A stretch of 64,000 nucleotides of DNA from Octopus sinensis. Taxonomy: Eukaryota. This document shows, piece after piece, positions 51,659-64,000 of this stretch. Made by a program: the position numbers and the translations under genes. The stretch lies in NCBI RefSeq assembly GCF_006345805.1, contig NC_042999.1:111476001-111540000 (forward strand), written 5' to 3'. Position 1 is the stretch's first letter; the number at the start of each line of letters is the position of its first letter. A model generated the notes under the pieces. It saw nothing but the letters and a program-made list of their open reading frames with translations. It had not been told where the DNA came from and searched no databases.

Positions 51659-52362
51659 CATAATTCCTCATCTCTTAAATATAGAACCAATATAATTTTT
51701 GTATGACTTATACATAGGGTAAATGTGTTTCAAAGTTGTGGTTTCTTTGGTATGATTGTTCCCAAATGACACTTATTTTTAGTGCTGTTGACAACGCCGG
51801 ATTGAATGGCATTGCCCAGGTGTCGAAACCATAATGATATCCGTGGGGAGCTGATGACGAAGGTATGTTGGATTGTTGGTATGTCTGTCTTTGTATATGT
51901 GAAATAGCATTATAAATCGTCCTTTTGGTATATATATATACACGACGGGCTTCTTTCAGTTTCCGTATACTAAATCAACTCACAAAGCTTTGGTTGGCCA
52001 AACTCGTTTAGGTCGAACACAATCTGTGGCTAATTATAAAAGATGCAACAATATTAGTTACATAAATTACTTATCAGAGTCTTACTTAATCTAGAGACTG
52101 TAAAAAAACGTAAAAAATATAAATGGTAGTATACTATTATATTGGTAATATATAAGAACTCTTCTCTTTATTTGAAGTTATTGATATAAAAAAGATTGTT
52201 TAAAGGAATTAATTTAAAAAATGCTTTTATTTAGTTTATTAAAGGGAGAATTACGTAATTAATATGAAGAGAAACCTAACAAAAATATTCTTTATTTACT
52301 TAATTTATCGGAGGGAGAATTCCGTAATATATATATGAAGATGAACTTAGAACTACAATAAC

Positions 52363-52575
52363 TTTTCTACTCAAGGAAAAAGGCCGCAAATTTTGGGGAA
52401 GGGGATCAGTCGATTAGATCGACCCCAGTACGTAACTGGTAATTAATTTATCCACCCCGAAAGGATGAAAGGCATTGTCGACCTCGGCGGAATTTGTACT
52501 AAGAACTTAAAGACAGATGAAATACCGCTAAGCCTTTCGCACATCATGCTAACGTTTCTGCCAGCTCGCCTCCTT
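52363..52575 (-). mobile_element. SINE family B
   Basis: Full-length similarity to the other B copies. Confidence 0.85.
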
Positions 52576-53056
52576 TTACAACCTGTATTACCCCATACAT
52601 ATAGAGCTAGGCTATAATAATAGATATGCAAATATTACTAGTTTTTTTAGAAGTAACCAGATTGGTAGTTAAATAAATAAGGATTATTCACAATAACTAA
52701 CAAGTAGACGTCCCTATATTCATATATTATGGGAGGGAGAACTCAGTGAATAAAAATTAAGTAATACAGAGAAATCAAAGGCTGAGTAACGACTCTCGAC
52801 AAATATAATTAATACCTTTTTTTCATATAAAGGACTATAAATAGTATATATCCAAATTTTATTCTTTCAGAAGTAAGAATATAATATAGCTGTAATAAGA
52901 ATACAAGCTGTAAACTATACGATATAATAATTATCATTATTATGTTTATTAAATTTAGTAAGACAAATAAAACTATTCATTAATAATAATAATAATAATA
53001 ATAACAACAACAACAACAATAACAACAACAATAATAATAATAATAATAATAATAAT

Positions 53057-53098
<42 letters not shown>

Positions 53099-53739
53099 TA
53101 CTATTATTATTATTATTATTATCAATTAATAAATTAATGTAATTATACATATAATTATTTAGTATAATGAAGACATCTTATTTATAATATGTAATTAATA
53201 TTGAATTACTGATATGATGTATTTTACAGTAACTACAATAATTTGCACAGGAAAGATTCAAAATTCTGAATTAATATACTAAAAAATTAATTAACCCATA
53301 TTCGACATTATTATATAGATTAAGATGACAAAACTTAAAGCTATACATATATACATACATACACACACATACGCACGTACACACTCACATACACACATAC
53401 ACACACCACACATATATATATATATTCCAAAATTCATACATATATACATGCACACACATGTATATACAAATACATATATATATATACATACACATGTACA
53501 TATACTTATACACATATTGCAACTTCCATATACATATACACAGATATATACGTGCAAGAAAAATATATAGATGTATACAACCAAAATATACACATACAAA
53601 CTCAATACAAACATACATACATACATATATATATATACATACACATACTTGCACGCATACATATATATGCATATTCATATACATAAATATATACATATAT
53701 ACATACATACATACATACATACATACATACATACATACA

Positions 53740-53831
<92 letters not shown>

Positions 53832-54129
53832 GGGAGAGAGAGATATATATATATACATACACATACTTGCACGCATACATATATATGCATATTCATATAC
53901 ATAAATATATACATATATACATGTATACACACATATACTTATTTTCCTTAGATTTAAGTCTATTTTTATATCTAGTTTTGTACAGGATATATTTACTACA
54001 CTCGTTCATGTTAATATTATTAATATTGTTAATCATATTATTACTACTTACAAATAAATTGGATATATTTCTACTATTAGATCCACTCACTTCGTCGTCA
54101 ACCAAAGCTCCATTATTATAGTAAGATTT

Positions 54130-55450
54130 ATTGCAGTTCCCATTCTTATTACAATATACTATTTTATCCCAGTATCCTGTCTTTTTAAGTGCATCATTCG
54201 GCATTATTATTAAAGATTTCCGCATTAGAGGATAAATAAGAAATATTAATAACCAAAGTTCTCGTGATCGGTTTAGGACGGTTACTATGAAAGTTGCTAT
54301 ATTTTAAATTATTGTTGGGTTTATGATACGGAATTTATAGGCCAGTAACAAGGTTCAGATTTACATCCAGGTAATTAACTGAATTAACTGATTAGAAAAA
54401 CCAAATCTTTTTTTAAAATTATGGAATTTTTTCATGTATAGGTTTATTTTTCTATTGGATTGACTATTAATCAAAAATAGTGTTTCATCACTATAGAGTC
54501 CACCTTTAATGTCAGGAAAATCATTATGGAAATTTTATAGTTATATACCTGCTAAGTCGGAAATTTTACAGTATGAATATACCTATTAGGGCGGAACCGG
54601 CAGATCACATGATTATATCAATCGTTTTTTATAATCATTCGTTTTTTGTGGGGATGGAGGCAGTACTTGTTATCAAATAAAATAATGGACTTTCTTGTTT
54701 CTAGAATAACTTTAATTTCTCTTAAACTGAGGTTGGAATTTTTGCTAGCAAATATAAGTGCACTATTTAGCACAATGGGATTAATAAAAGAATAACAATT
54801 ATTAATATCGAACTCAATGAATTTACTTTTATTTTCATTATTTAATTCATCAAGACAATTAATGGCCACCTGGGTATTGGACCAGAGATCTAGCTTTAAT
54901 ATTTCCTTTAGTCTAAATATATAGTTCTCTAGAAAAAATTTACTTAATCTACCCAGGTCAGAACTGCCTCGGCAAACTAATCTAACTTTAGGGTTGGAGA
55001 AGAAGTTATCTATATGATCTTTCAAAACGATTCTGGGCCTCCTATACACAAAAGGCTCAGTTCAGTCATCAAGATCAAAATCGCACGTATTTTTCTAGCT
55101 TCTCAATACATTCTTACTTACTATTTTATAGTTACTAGTAATTTCATTTTCCATTCATTCATGATATTTATAGATATCCAAATGATATAAATTACTAGTT
55201 TTGTCCGAAGGTACAATCATTCCTTTTCTGCTCTTACTTTTTAGTTCACATTTTCAACAGGTGTTCATACCCTCTACGAGGATATTTAACAAACTTGGTA
55301 TTCTTGACGATGTTCCATATATCCTTCTCAAAAGCCTCCAAATGGTGGTTAGGAGGTTGAAATTTTCTGGTTTTGAAGATCTTATAAATTTCAAAATCTT
55401 CATTAAATGTGTTTCCTCCTTAACAATATCTTTTTCATGGGGAAAAGTTT
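54130..55450 (-). pseudogene. Decayed Penelope-like reverse transcriptase
   Basis: LEAFEKDIWNIVKNTKF, VPSDKTSNLY, KDHIDNFFSNPKVRL, WSNTQVAI, KFIEFDINNCY, RKSIILF, GLYSDE (YRDD-like) and ALKKTGY motifs appear in the expected order across frameshifts. Confidence 0.82.
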
Positions 55451-55485
55451 ATCTTAGTTTGTTACTTTATATATATGCTATTGTT

Positions 55486-55680
55486 TTATTCATTTACTTG
55501 TTTCAGTCATTTGACTACGGCCAATCTGGAGCACCGCCTTTAGTCGAACAAATCGACCCTAGGTCTTATTCTTTGTAAGCCTAGTACTTATTCTATTGGT
55601 CTCTTTCGCCGAACTGCTAAGTTACGGGAACGTAAACACACCAATTTCGGTCGTCAGGTGATGGTGGGGGACAGAGACAC
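55486..55680 (-). mobile_element. SINE family A, 3' half
   Basis: GGAGCACCGCCTTTAGTCGAACAAATCGACCC tail. Confidence 0.8.
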
Positions 55681-55697
55681 ACAAATATATATATATA

Positions 55698-56941
55698 CTA
55701 GCAGTAATACCCATCGTCGATCAGGTATTTACTTTTACAGTTTCTCGGGGCCCGCATTCAAACTATTATGTTTCTTTATATGAGAAAAATATGTAATAAT
55801 TGAAGGAGCAAAAAGATAATTTGATGCATGAACCTCCCGTATTTGTGTATATTATAAGAAAAAAAAAACGTAATAATTGAAGGAGAAAAAAATTGATTTC
55901 ATTCTTGAATGTAATGATAGCAATGGCAAATTAAGTTATTGAAGTATTCATGTTGCATTAAGAGTGGATATTTGTTTATAAACAATGTTTTTTTGTTTTA
56001 TTTCGGGGTGCATAAGCAAAAAGCTTTGATTTTCCTCCCACACGTGATGCTCCTACATAAAGTTTCGAATCTGAACCAGGCTGAGTCTACCACTACAGAT
56101 TTAGATTTACTCTCCTGTATGTAATAATTGAAGTAGAAAAAAGATGGATTTCATACACGAACTTCTGTTAGTTATTTATTTAACAATAATAAATGAGTTC
56201 TATGTGTTATTTTATTTATCAATACAGTGATGGCAATTCATTTAAATAGGTTTTAATTAAGTTATTGAAGTATTCATGTTGCATTAAGAGTGAATATTTC
56301 TTTATAAACAATGTTTTGTTTTATTTCGGGGTGCATATACAAAAAGATCTGCTTTTGATCCTACACGTGTTGTTCCTACATAGCTATGTGAAAAGCAAGG
56401 TTCTTCAAGTTGCAACCCAGCAACTTTTAGTGTTTGGCCCTGAGAAAGTGGAACACGAAACTAACTGCTAAAACTGGAATGGGACATTAGATGGTATAAC
56501 TGGCATGTGAGGAATGAAGACGGTCTCACCTTAGCCACAGCCAGTGAGGATATTTGCCTCAATGCAGTTCCTCTTAAGTTTGTGCATAATTAGTGTTGTA
56601 CCAATGCATAAGTTTTGTCGAGACAAATTACACAGTTCCCACACGTGATGATTCTACATCAAGTTGGTCATGTGAAAAGCATGGTTCTTAAAGTTCCAAT
56701 CCAACAGCTTTTAGCGTTTGAGTTTTTTTAATGCTAATCGCAAAAGAAAGAGGGTTAGGACATTGTGTTGAGACAAATTAGGCAATAGCATAAGAGCTTC
56801 TCCTGAATCACGTACTTTCATTTTTCTGGAGAAAGAAAGAGACAGAATTTTTATTCTTATACATAGAAAAAGCATAATAGCTTCCCATGGACCATTTATT
56901 TTCATTTTGCTGAACAAGCAAACAGACAGAACCTCTCTTAT

Positions 56942-56945
<4 letters not shown>
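55698..56945 (-). mobile_element. Helitron-like element with internal direct repeats
   Basis: CTAGCAGTA end like 8828 and 38063, CTGTCTGTTTGCTTG near the other end as at about 37725, internal duplications at about 55933-56030 and 56258-56340. Confidence 0.55.
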
Positions 56946-56972
<27 letters not shown>

Positions 56973-56973
56973 A

Positions 56974-57053
<80 letters not shown>

Positions 57054-57328
57054 ATAAAAGCTAAATTCAGAGGGATTAGGGTATTTAAATACCACTTACT
57101 ATAATCAGAGCCATCACTCCAATACCACAAATATTCAGATTTCGCCCTTTCTATGAAAACAATACCCTGAGCTCGTCAGTTGAAAATAACGTTTTTAACA
57201 TCTATTTCTGAAATATTCATCACATTACCTCGCGTGCGTTCTTTACATTAAACATCCCCACGACATTCAAAACAAATCGTGAGCCAGTATAAATTCGTGT
57301 ACACACACAAATATATATATATGTGTCT

Positions 57329-57488
57329 ATACGACGGGCGTCTTCTAGTTTCTGTCCAATACTCACAAGGCTTTGGTCGGTCCGAGGCTATAGTAGACGA
57401 TACTTCCCCAAGGTGCCACACAGTGGGATTGAACCTGGAATCATGTTTTTGGAAAGCAAGCTTCTTACCACACAGCCACGCCTGCGCC
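57329..57488 (-). mobile_element. SINE family A, 5' half
   Basis: GGCGTGGCTGTGTGGTAAGAAGC head. Confidence 0.82.
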
Positions 57489-57489
57489 A

Positions 57490-57522
<33 letters not shown>

Positions 57523-59059
57523 CACACACAAACACTCCACATACGTGTATGTGTGCACATTTATGTTCACACCGTATATTTTGTCTTAAGGTTTAGCTTT
57601 TAATTTACTACTGAAATTTCTTCTTTAAAATACATTTCCATTTATCAAAATAGAAGAAAAAACTTTCTGTTAATGACTTGTTTTTGCTTGTCTTTCTTTT
57701 GGTGCTTTTTTTATATATGTTATTTTTTTTGCTGATATTTTTTCTTTTGCCTCCCTCCTCTTCATATACTTTATTGTCGTTATTTTCTTTTTTTTTTTGT
57801 TTGGTACCACTTGTTTTAAGTATTCCACCGCTGCCACCCCCACCACCCACTCAATTATTCATATTCTACTTCTTCTCGCAATCTTCTTCTTTGTCTTTAC
57901 AAACGCCATCAATTTTCATGATTTAATCTTCTTCTCCCACTTCTTCATCATCATCATCTTCTTCTTCATCATCTTCTTCTTCTCCTTCCTCTTCTTCTTC
58001 ATCTTCTTTTCCTACTACTACTACTACTCTACTACTACTAATACTAATACTGGTGCTGCTGCCACTTCCTTTTCATCTTTTTCTACATTCTACTACTACC
58101 ACTACGACGACGGCTACTGCTACTGCTGCTGCTATGGCTGCTGCTGTTTCTTCTATTAGTACTGCTACTTCTTTTCTACCACTACTACTACTACTACTTT
58201 ACTTCTTCTTCTCCTAATACTACTACTGCCACTTCCTTATCATCCACAACACCATATTCTTTTCTCTTCTCCTCGCCTTCCTCACCCTTCGTTTTCTCTT
58301 TCACTTCCTTCTAGAACCTCATATTCTATCTCTTCCTCATCGTCTTTTTTCCTCATCAGCCTTCTTTTTCTTTTCCTCTTTCTGTTCATTTTTTCTTCTC
58401 TTTTTCTTGTTTTCCTTATTTTCTTCTCACTTCTTTCTCAATTATTCTTCTTCCATCTCCTCATCTCAATTCTCCACTTGTAAGTTCACATTGCAAAATA
58501 ACAAGTGCCAACTTCAGGCCAGATATTCTAATCTGCCGAATGATTTTAAACTAAGTAAATAAAATAGACCGGAGGCTATTTCAGTCACAGCTAGTTTAAT
58601 AACAGATGTCAGAATGGCTTGAAATAAAAGAAAGAAAACGCCAGAGAAAAATTAAAAATGAAAGAATGGAAAAAATTTCAAAATTTTAAAGTGATTGGAC
58701 CTGCTTTTTTTACCATTTGTGTTAAAGAATTATGTTTTTATTCTTTTTTCTTTTTGCTTTCAAATTAAGAAAATATATTTATTTTAATTTTTGTTTACGC
58801 TCTAGATTATGCATATATATACCTTCAGAGTAATGAACTGTTCTATGGATACAATGCTAACGATATAAAAGACAGCCAAATTATTATAGCTCACACATCC
58901 ATAGTACTTATATAAACACTGGTTTTGGTGGGATGAATAGATATTGAAGACTCGAAAGCAGTGATATTTTCTTTTAGAGCAATTGGGGAAGACGGAAACT
59001 AAATATAACAAGGCATTTAGTCTCACCAGTAACAACATCCTTTCAATAACGATCTCAAA

Positions 59060-59483
59060 TTTTGGTACAAGGCCAGCAATTTCGGAGAGAAGGTAAGTAA
59101 GTTGCATCGACTCCAGTATTCAACTGGTACTTATTTTATCCACCCCAAAAGGATGAAAGGCAAAGTGGACCTCACTGAAATTTGAACTCAGAACGTGAAG
59201 ACGGACGAAATGCCGCTAAGCATTTCGCCCAGCGTGCTAACGTTTCTGCCAGCTCGCCGCCTTCTTTTCAATAATAATAATAATCCTTTCTATTAAAGGC
59301 ACACAGCCTGAAATTTTGAGAGAGGGGACTAGTCGATTACATCACAGATACTGAATTTATTGATCTCGAAAGGATGAAAGGTAAAGTTGACCTCGGTGGA
59401 ATTTGAACTCAGAACGTAGAGGGGGGCGAAATACCGCTAAGTATTTCGCCCAGCGTGCTAACAATTCTGCCAGCTCATCACCT
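59060..59483 (-). mobile_element. Two tandem SINE family B copies (59060-59263 and 59285-59483)
   Basis: Each has head, B box and central box. They are separated by (AAT)n. Confidence 0.85.
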
Positions 59484-61196
59484 TCCCGTCAATAATAATA
59501 ATGATAATATTCCCATCTCGTAAATTTCTTGGGCAAGCTTACAATTTTGGGAGTGAAAGAATAGTTATTTTGATCAAATATCTCCAACTTGATTGATGCT
59601 AATTTTATAGAAATGGGAAGTACTAAGTTATCATAATCACACGGAACACCGGTACCCTCTGCGCTTCCTTTATAAATCAGAAAACTAACTCTAATACCAG
59701 AAAACAATCCTACCCAACTCTTCACTAAAATCTGTGGACTTCGATCCAAACAAGAAGTAATTCATCATCTTAACTAACACGCAAAACCACACAGAAACAA
59801 ATCCCAGTTTCTTTCCTAATATATTGAGACACTCTCGTCACACTCGTCTCTCGACCTCTCATCCCACATATTGTGTACCTCCAGTTCCCATATCAACCGC
59901 AACGCTCGTTCCATTCTTCCCGAAGCCTCGGCCCTCTGGAATTCTCACCCTGATTATCATTACCTCTAGCCGTAAATTTACAACTATTTAAGAGGAACAT
60001 TAATAGCGTCGATCTCATCGGCTTCTAACGACCTTAGAATTCAACTCCTTTCACCAAATAAAACCAACTGAAATATTAAGAATTCAACGCCGGGAGGGAT
60101 CCATGCTTAGAACACAAATCGTCGTAACTAAATAAAAAAAAGGACATCATATTAAACAAATTATGTATTCTGCCAATTGTAAGGGAAAGCATAATATTAA
60201 TTTATTTTAATTTTCAAATAAAATGTTATCTTTTTTTTTTTTTTGCTTACATAGTGTTTATATGTTCCGACTGAAAACCACATGGATTTTTACAAATCAA
60301 ATCAACTAACAATATGCTTGTATTAGGGCTATATCTACCTCAGATTACATGCCACCGTCTTGAAACATGAAACACATAGAGGTATCAACTAAAAGATACA
60401 AATCCAAAAGTTCTAAAGACAACTACACTAGAAATACATGTAACAACCAAAAAACAACCTACCCAGAATGAGAGAGAGCATAAGATACTAGAATTTTGCT
60501 AAATTGGAAAACATTCGTGGTTAAGAAAACCGACGATATTTATTTGAAAAAGAACTGACATTCAATAGCAAAACTGTTTGTAACCAGGACTAAATAAAGG
60601 CAGAAACCAATAGAGAGCAATGGCAAGGGATGTGAAAAGATTTTTAGATGGACTATGAATAACGAACGCGTTGCAACTGACGAGAATATTAGAAACTACA
60701 AAACATGAACAGAATAATCCTTCGGAAAAATAAGAACTGAGCAAGTAGTACAGATACTAGACAATACAAACAACTTCTAAACATCCAAAAAGGTGTGAAA
60801 TTCTTGAAAAATTTTGCTAGCGGTTATCTTACAAAGTACGTATTAAAATGTTAAATCTTCTCCCTAAAGAACTAAGAAATATCTTTATGCACTTGCCCTA
60901 AGAAGTATCGAAGCCCCTAAAAGCAAACACCATAATCTATTTACTTTTAGTATATAAAAACTTTAACAGTAGTAGAGCTATTGATTGTAATAAATGCACC
61001 CTCTAAATATAGGCATGAGCTTCAGAAATCGACAGAAATGTTATTCATACATCCATATATATATATGTGTGTGTGTGTGTGTGCTCGCTGCACAAAACCG
61101 CAGCAGAAACATGCGTAATTTCAGAAATGGAAAGACGTGATTGACTGCTGAATAAAATTGAATATATAAACCTCTGTTCTCCTTATCATTAATTTA

Positions 61197-61265
<69 letters not shown>

Positions 61266-61837
61266 TACACACACACATATGAGCCTGTGGTTGTAAATTT
61301 CTATGCATATGTACATATTTCACCATATGTTAAACAAAATCAACTATAAGTGTAAGGTATTATTTTTCAGTGATTTGTATTTATAGTGATAGATGTATTT
61401 TTAAACAAAGTAATCAAATTATTCTATATAAGTTAGGCAAACACATTGTAATTGAGAGTATATAAAATTCTATGTATGTTTGAATATAATTAATATGTGT
61501 TCAATTGTCTTAGGAAATATTATTTGAAACATTAATTCATTATTTAGGCAGAGAGTGTATGAGAATATTAAATAAACAAATATTTTACATATAACTATGA
61601 AAAATAGCTTTAGAATGAAGTTTTGTTTAAGTAAGTGTATAGATAAAGGTAATTAATATAGGCACGAGTATGTATTTCTAAGTGCAGTCAGAAGATAAAT
61701 TTAAATAAGTACATAATATATGCATATTGTTTATGAGGCAGCTATATTTATATAACTATGATGAATGGATACTTTTAGGGGGAATTCATGATCTATGCTG
61801 AGAGTTTACATTCAATAGAAATATGTTTATAAAACTA

Positions 61838-62703
61838 AAAGGAGTTCGGGCAAAATTTGACCGTTTGCAGAAAAGTTACAACACAATATACCACCCCAAA
61901 ATAAGTGTTTTTTAATTAAAAAAAACAAACTATATTATAGTTGAAAAATAAGTAGCCGTTCTTAATTTCAACAGTGACTTCAAGACAGCCTCCTCACTGC
62001 GTCCCTGAGAAGATCGTCGAACATTTCCGTAACCTTGGCCTCAAAATTCACGAACATCTCCGTGATCTTGGAGTCCCTTTGGCCTTGGTGTTGATGGCAA
62101 AGCAGTTGGTGTCTTTCTCAACTTTACTCATAGTAATCCATAGGATTACGGACGGGGGAATTAGGTCAGGAATTGGTGATGGTGAAGACGGAGAAATTCT
62201 CCGATAACCACTTCTGACTCTTTCCTGGGGTATGACAAGGAGCCGAATCCTGCCACCACACACATAGCCTTCCAGCTGCAATCCCCTCGAGCGAGGATTT
62301 AACCAGGAACTTCACATGGTCGTCTGTATTGAGACTAAGGCCCTATTCAAAGAAGGGTTGAATATTGGGGTGCGGGCGTTGTCAGAACGCCTGTTCTGTC
62401 GCTTCTTCCTGGTCACAGCTTCGTAGTTTCCATTACAGCTGTCTATATAATGTCTTACATGTTTTACAGTGTTCCCAGCGAATTGAGCAGTAGTAGTGAA
62501 GTCAGTATTTTAACACCCATCGCGAATCATCGTGATACAGGGGACCCTTTTCTAATATTCAAATCGCTTCCAGTCCTCCATATCAGCTAACATCTTCTCA
62601 ACTACAACTTTAATCTATATGCTCTCCAACGCCGTTATATACATCAAGCTGTTCCTGAAAAAAAGGAGATATAAAAATCATCAAATTTAGCCCGAATACT
62701 CTG
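61838..62703 (-). mobile_element. Internally deleted maT-like (DD37D-type) Tc1/mariner element
   Basis: Imperfect 23-bp TIRs sharing TTCGGGC(A/T)AAATTTGA. Remnants WQDSAPCHT..KSQKWLSENF...*PNSP..NPMDY (about 62090-62265) and an HTH-like fragment (about 62400-62540). Confidence 0.75.
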
Positions 62704-64000
62704 CATATATTGTAGTGTTTCAAGTGCGACTCTGCATGATGATAACACCTTGAAGAAAATGAAGGTAAAGGTACTTTAATAATGTAAGAGCATAAAAATT
62801 AAAGTATAAACAACTAATATGAAATATAACTTAAATGGAAGTGGCGTTAAATTTCATGAGTTGACGTAGATTTATTGCTGGTATATATTTTAAATGATTA
62901 TCCTATTATCATATTACTTTAAACATGAGTCACAACATAGTCGTACAACTTTATAGAAATAACAGACTAATTTTCCAATAATGCATTACCATCTCGAAAC
63001 AGAAAGGTTACATTGACAATAGATAGATGTGTATAGCAAATTTTGTCATATATTAGAACAGAACAAACATAAGGAAGAAAACAATATATGTGTGTATTGG
63101 TGTGTGCGCGCGTGTGTGTGTTTATGGATGGTGGATAATGTAAATCATTATGGTGTCGAGTAAAATGCCTTGCGATATTTGCTCCGTCTCAATTATTTTT
63201 TGCTTCATCGGTTACAATTTCCTTTCTCTTCGACAAGTTGCGGAGACATTTGACGGTCAAAGCATGCGATTGGGTCTGGAACTGTCCAGATGCTAATATT
63301 TTGTCAATCTTAAATGACAGAAACTTGTGTAAAATATAAATATAAATGGATGGTGATAATAGCTTGATTTCCGTCCAACTGAAAGCTGAGAGGGATCTTA
63401 TCAACTGAATTGAATCCAATTTTCAAATCGTACCAATTCTTATTGACAGTAGAGAATTAAAGTATGAATATTGAGGTAGCAGAGCTTAAACTCATAACAT
63501 AGAGGAAGAAAATTTAATGCTAAAAGTCTTGTACTTAACTATTTCGACTTCCCCGAGCTCCGCTCTGTATAACCGTTTCTGATGTAAGCACAAGAATTGA
63601 AATTTGGCGTAGGGGGTTCTTTGGTACCATCGACTGCAGGATTCCACTCGTAATTTATTTTGTAGGTGCTAGAGGGAAAAAAAAGCAAAAACAGCATCGA
63701 CAGGATTCGAACTCAAAATATAAAGAACTAAATGGAAACACCGCAAACTAGTTAAACCCAATTTCAAACAATTCTGCCGATTCACCACACAACTCTCTGA
63801 AGCAGTGATAAATAACAACTGTAAACGGAACGTAAACCAGAAGAACTTGTGTAATGAGAAATTAACGAGCCAAACATCATGCTTAGTAGCTGCAAGGAAT
63901 CTCTTGAGATTTAACTCATATTTTTGAGAATCTTACGATTAGAAATATGAACATTTCAAAACTGTTGATTTCTTTGAAAATATCTCCACTTCACTTGTGT

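Noticed and set aside
60677-60705. CTGACGA...GAAAC
   Set aside because: No stem II, NUH or stem I.

Overview
This is AT-rich, microsatellite-saturated eukaryotic DNA. The SINE families and simple-repeat style look like an octopus/cephalopod genome, which is my recognition and not database-checked. No intact protein-coding gene can be supported, and almost all short ORFs in the track are translations of simple repeats. The window holds decayed or non-autonomous mobile elements: a mariner (DD34D), a Tc1-like DD36E element, an internally deleted maT-like element, a hAT with intact TIRs and 8-bp TSD, three Helitron-like elements, RTE/CR1-like LINE remnants, about 20 tRNA-derived SINE copies and two Penelope-like element (PLE) coding remnants (GIY-YIG endonuclease and RT). 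The most striking signal is a dense set of minimal hammerhead-ribozyme (HHR) motifs from at least six unrelated sequence families. They have palindromic stem III, often sit in back-to-back fold-back duplications and usually end in (TA)n tracts. They include a 545-bp tandem unit carrying one HHR per monomer (candidate retrozyme/circular-RNA-derived array, 361-2993), an HHR with a compensatory G3-C8 core (7114-7163), intact HHRs flanking the PLE endonuclease remnant (19982-20059, 22842-22999) and a tRNA-headed HHR-bearing element (51100-51687). Ribozyme activity is inferred from motif and base-pairing only.
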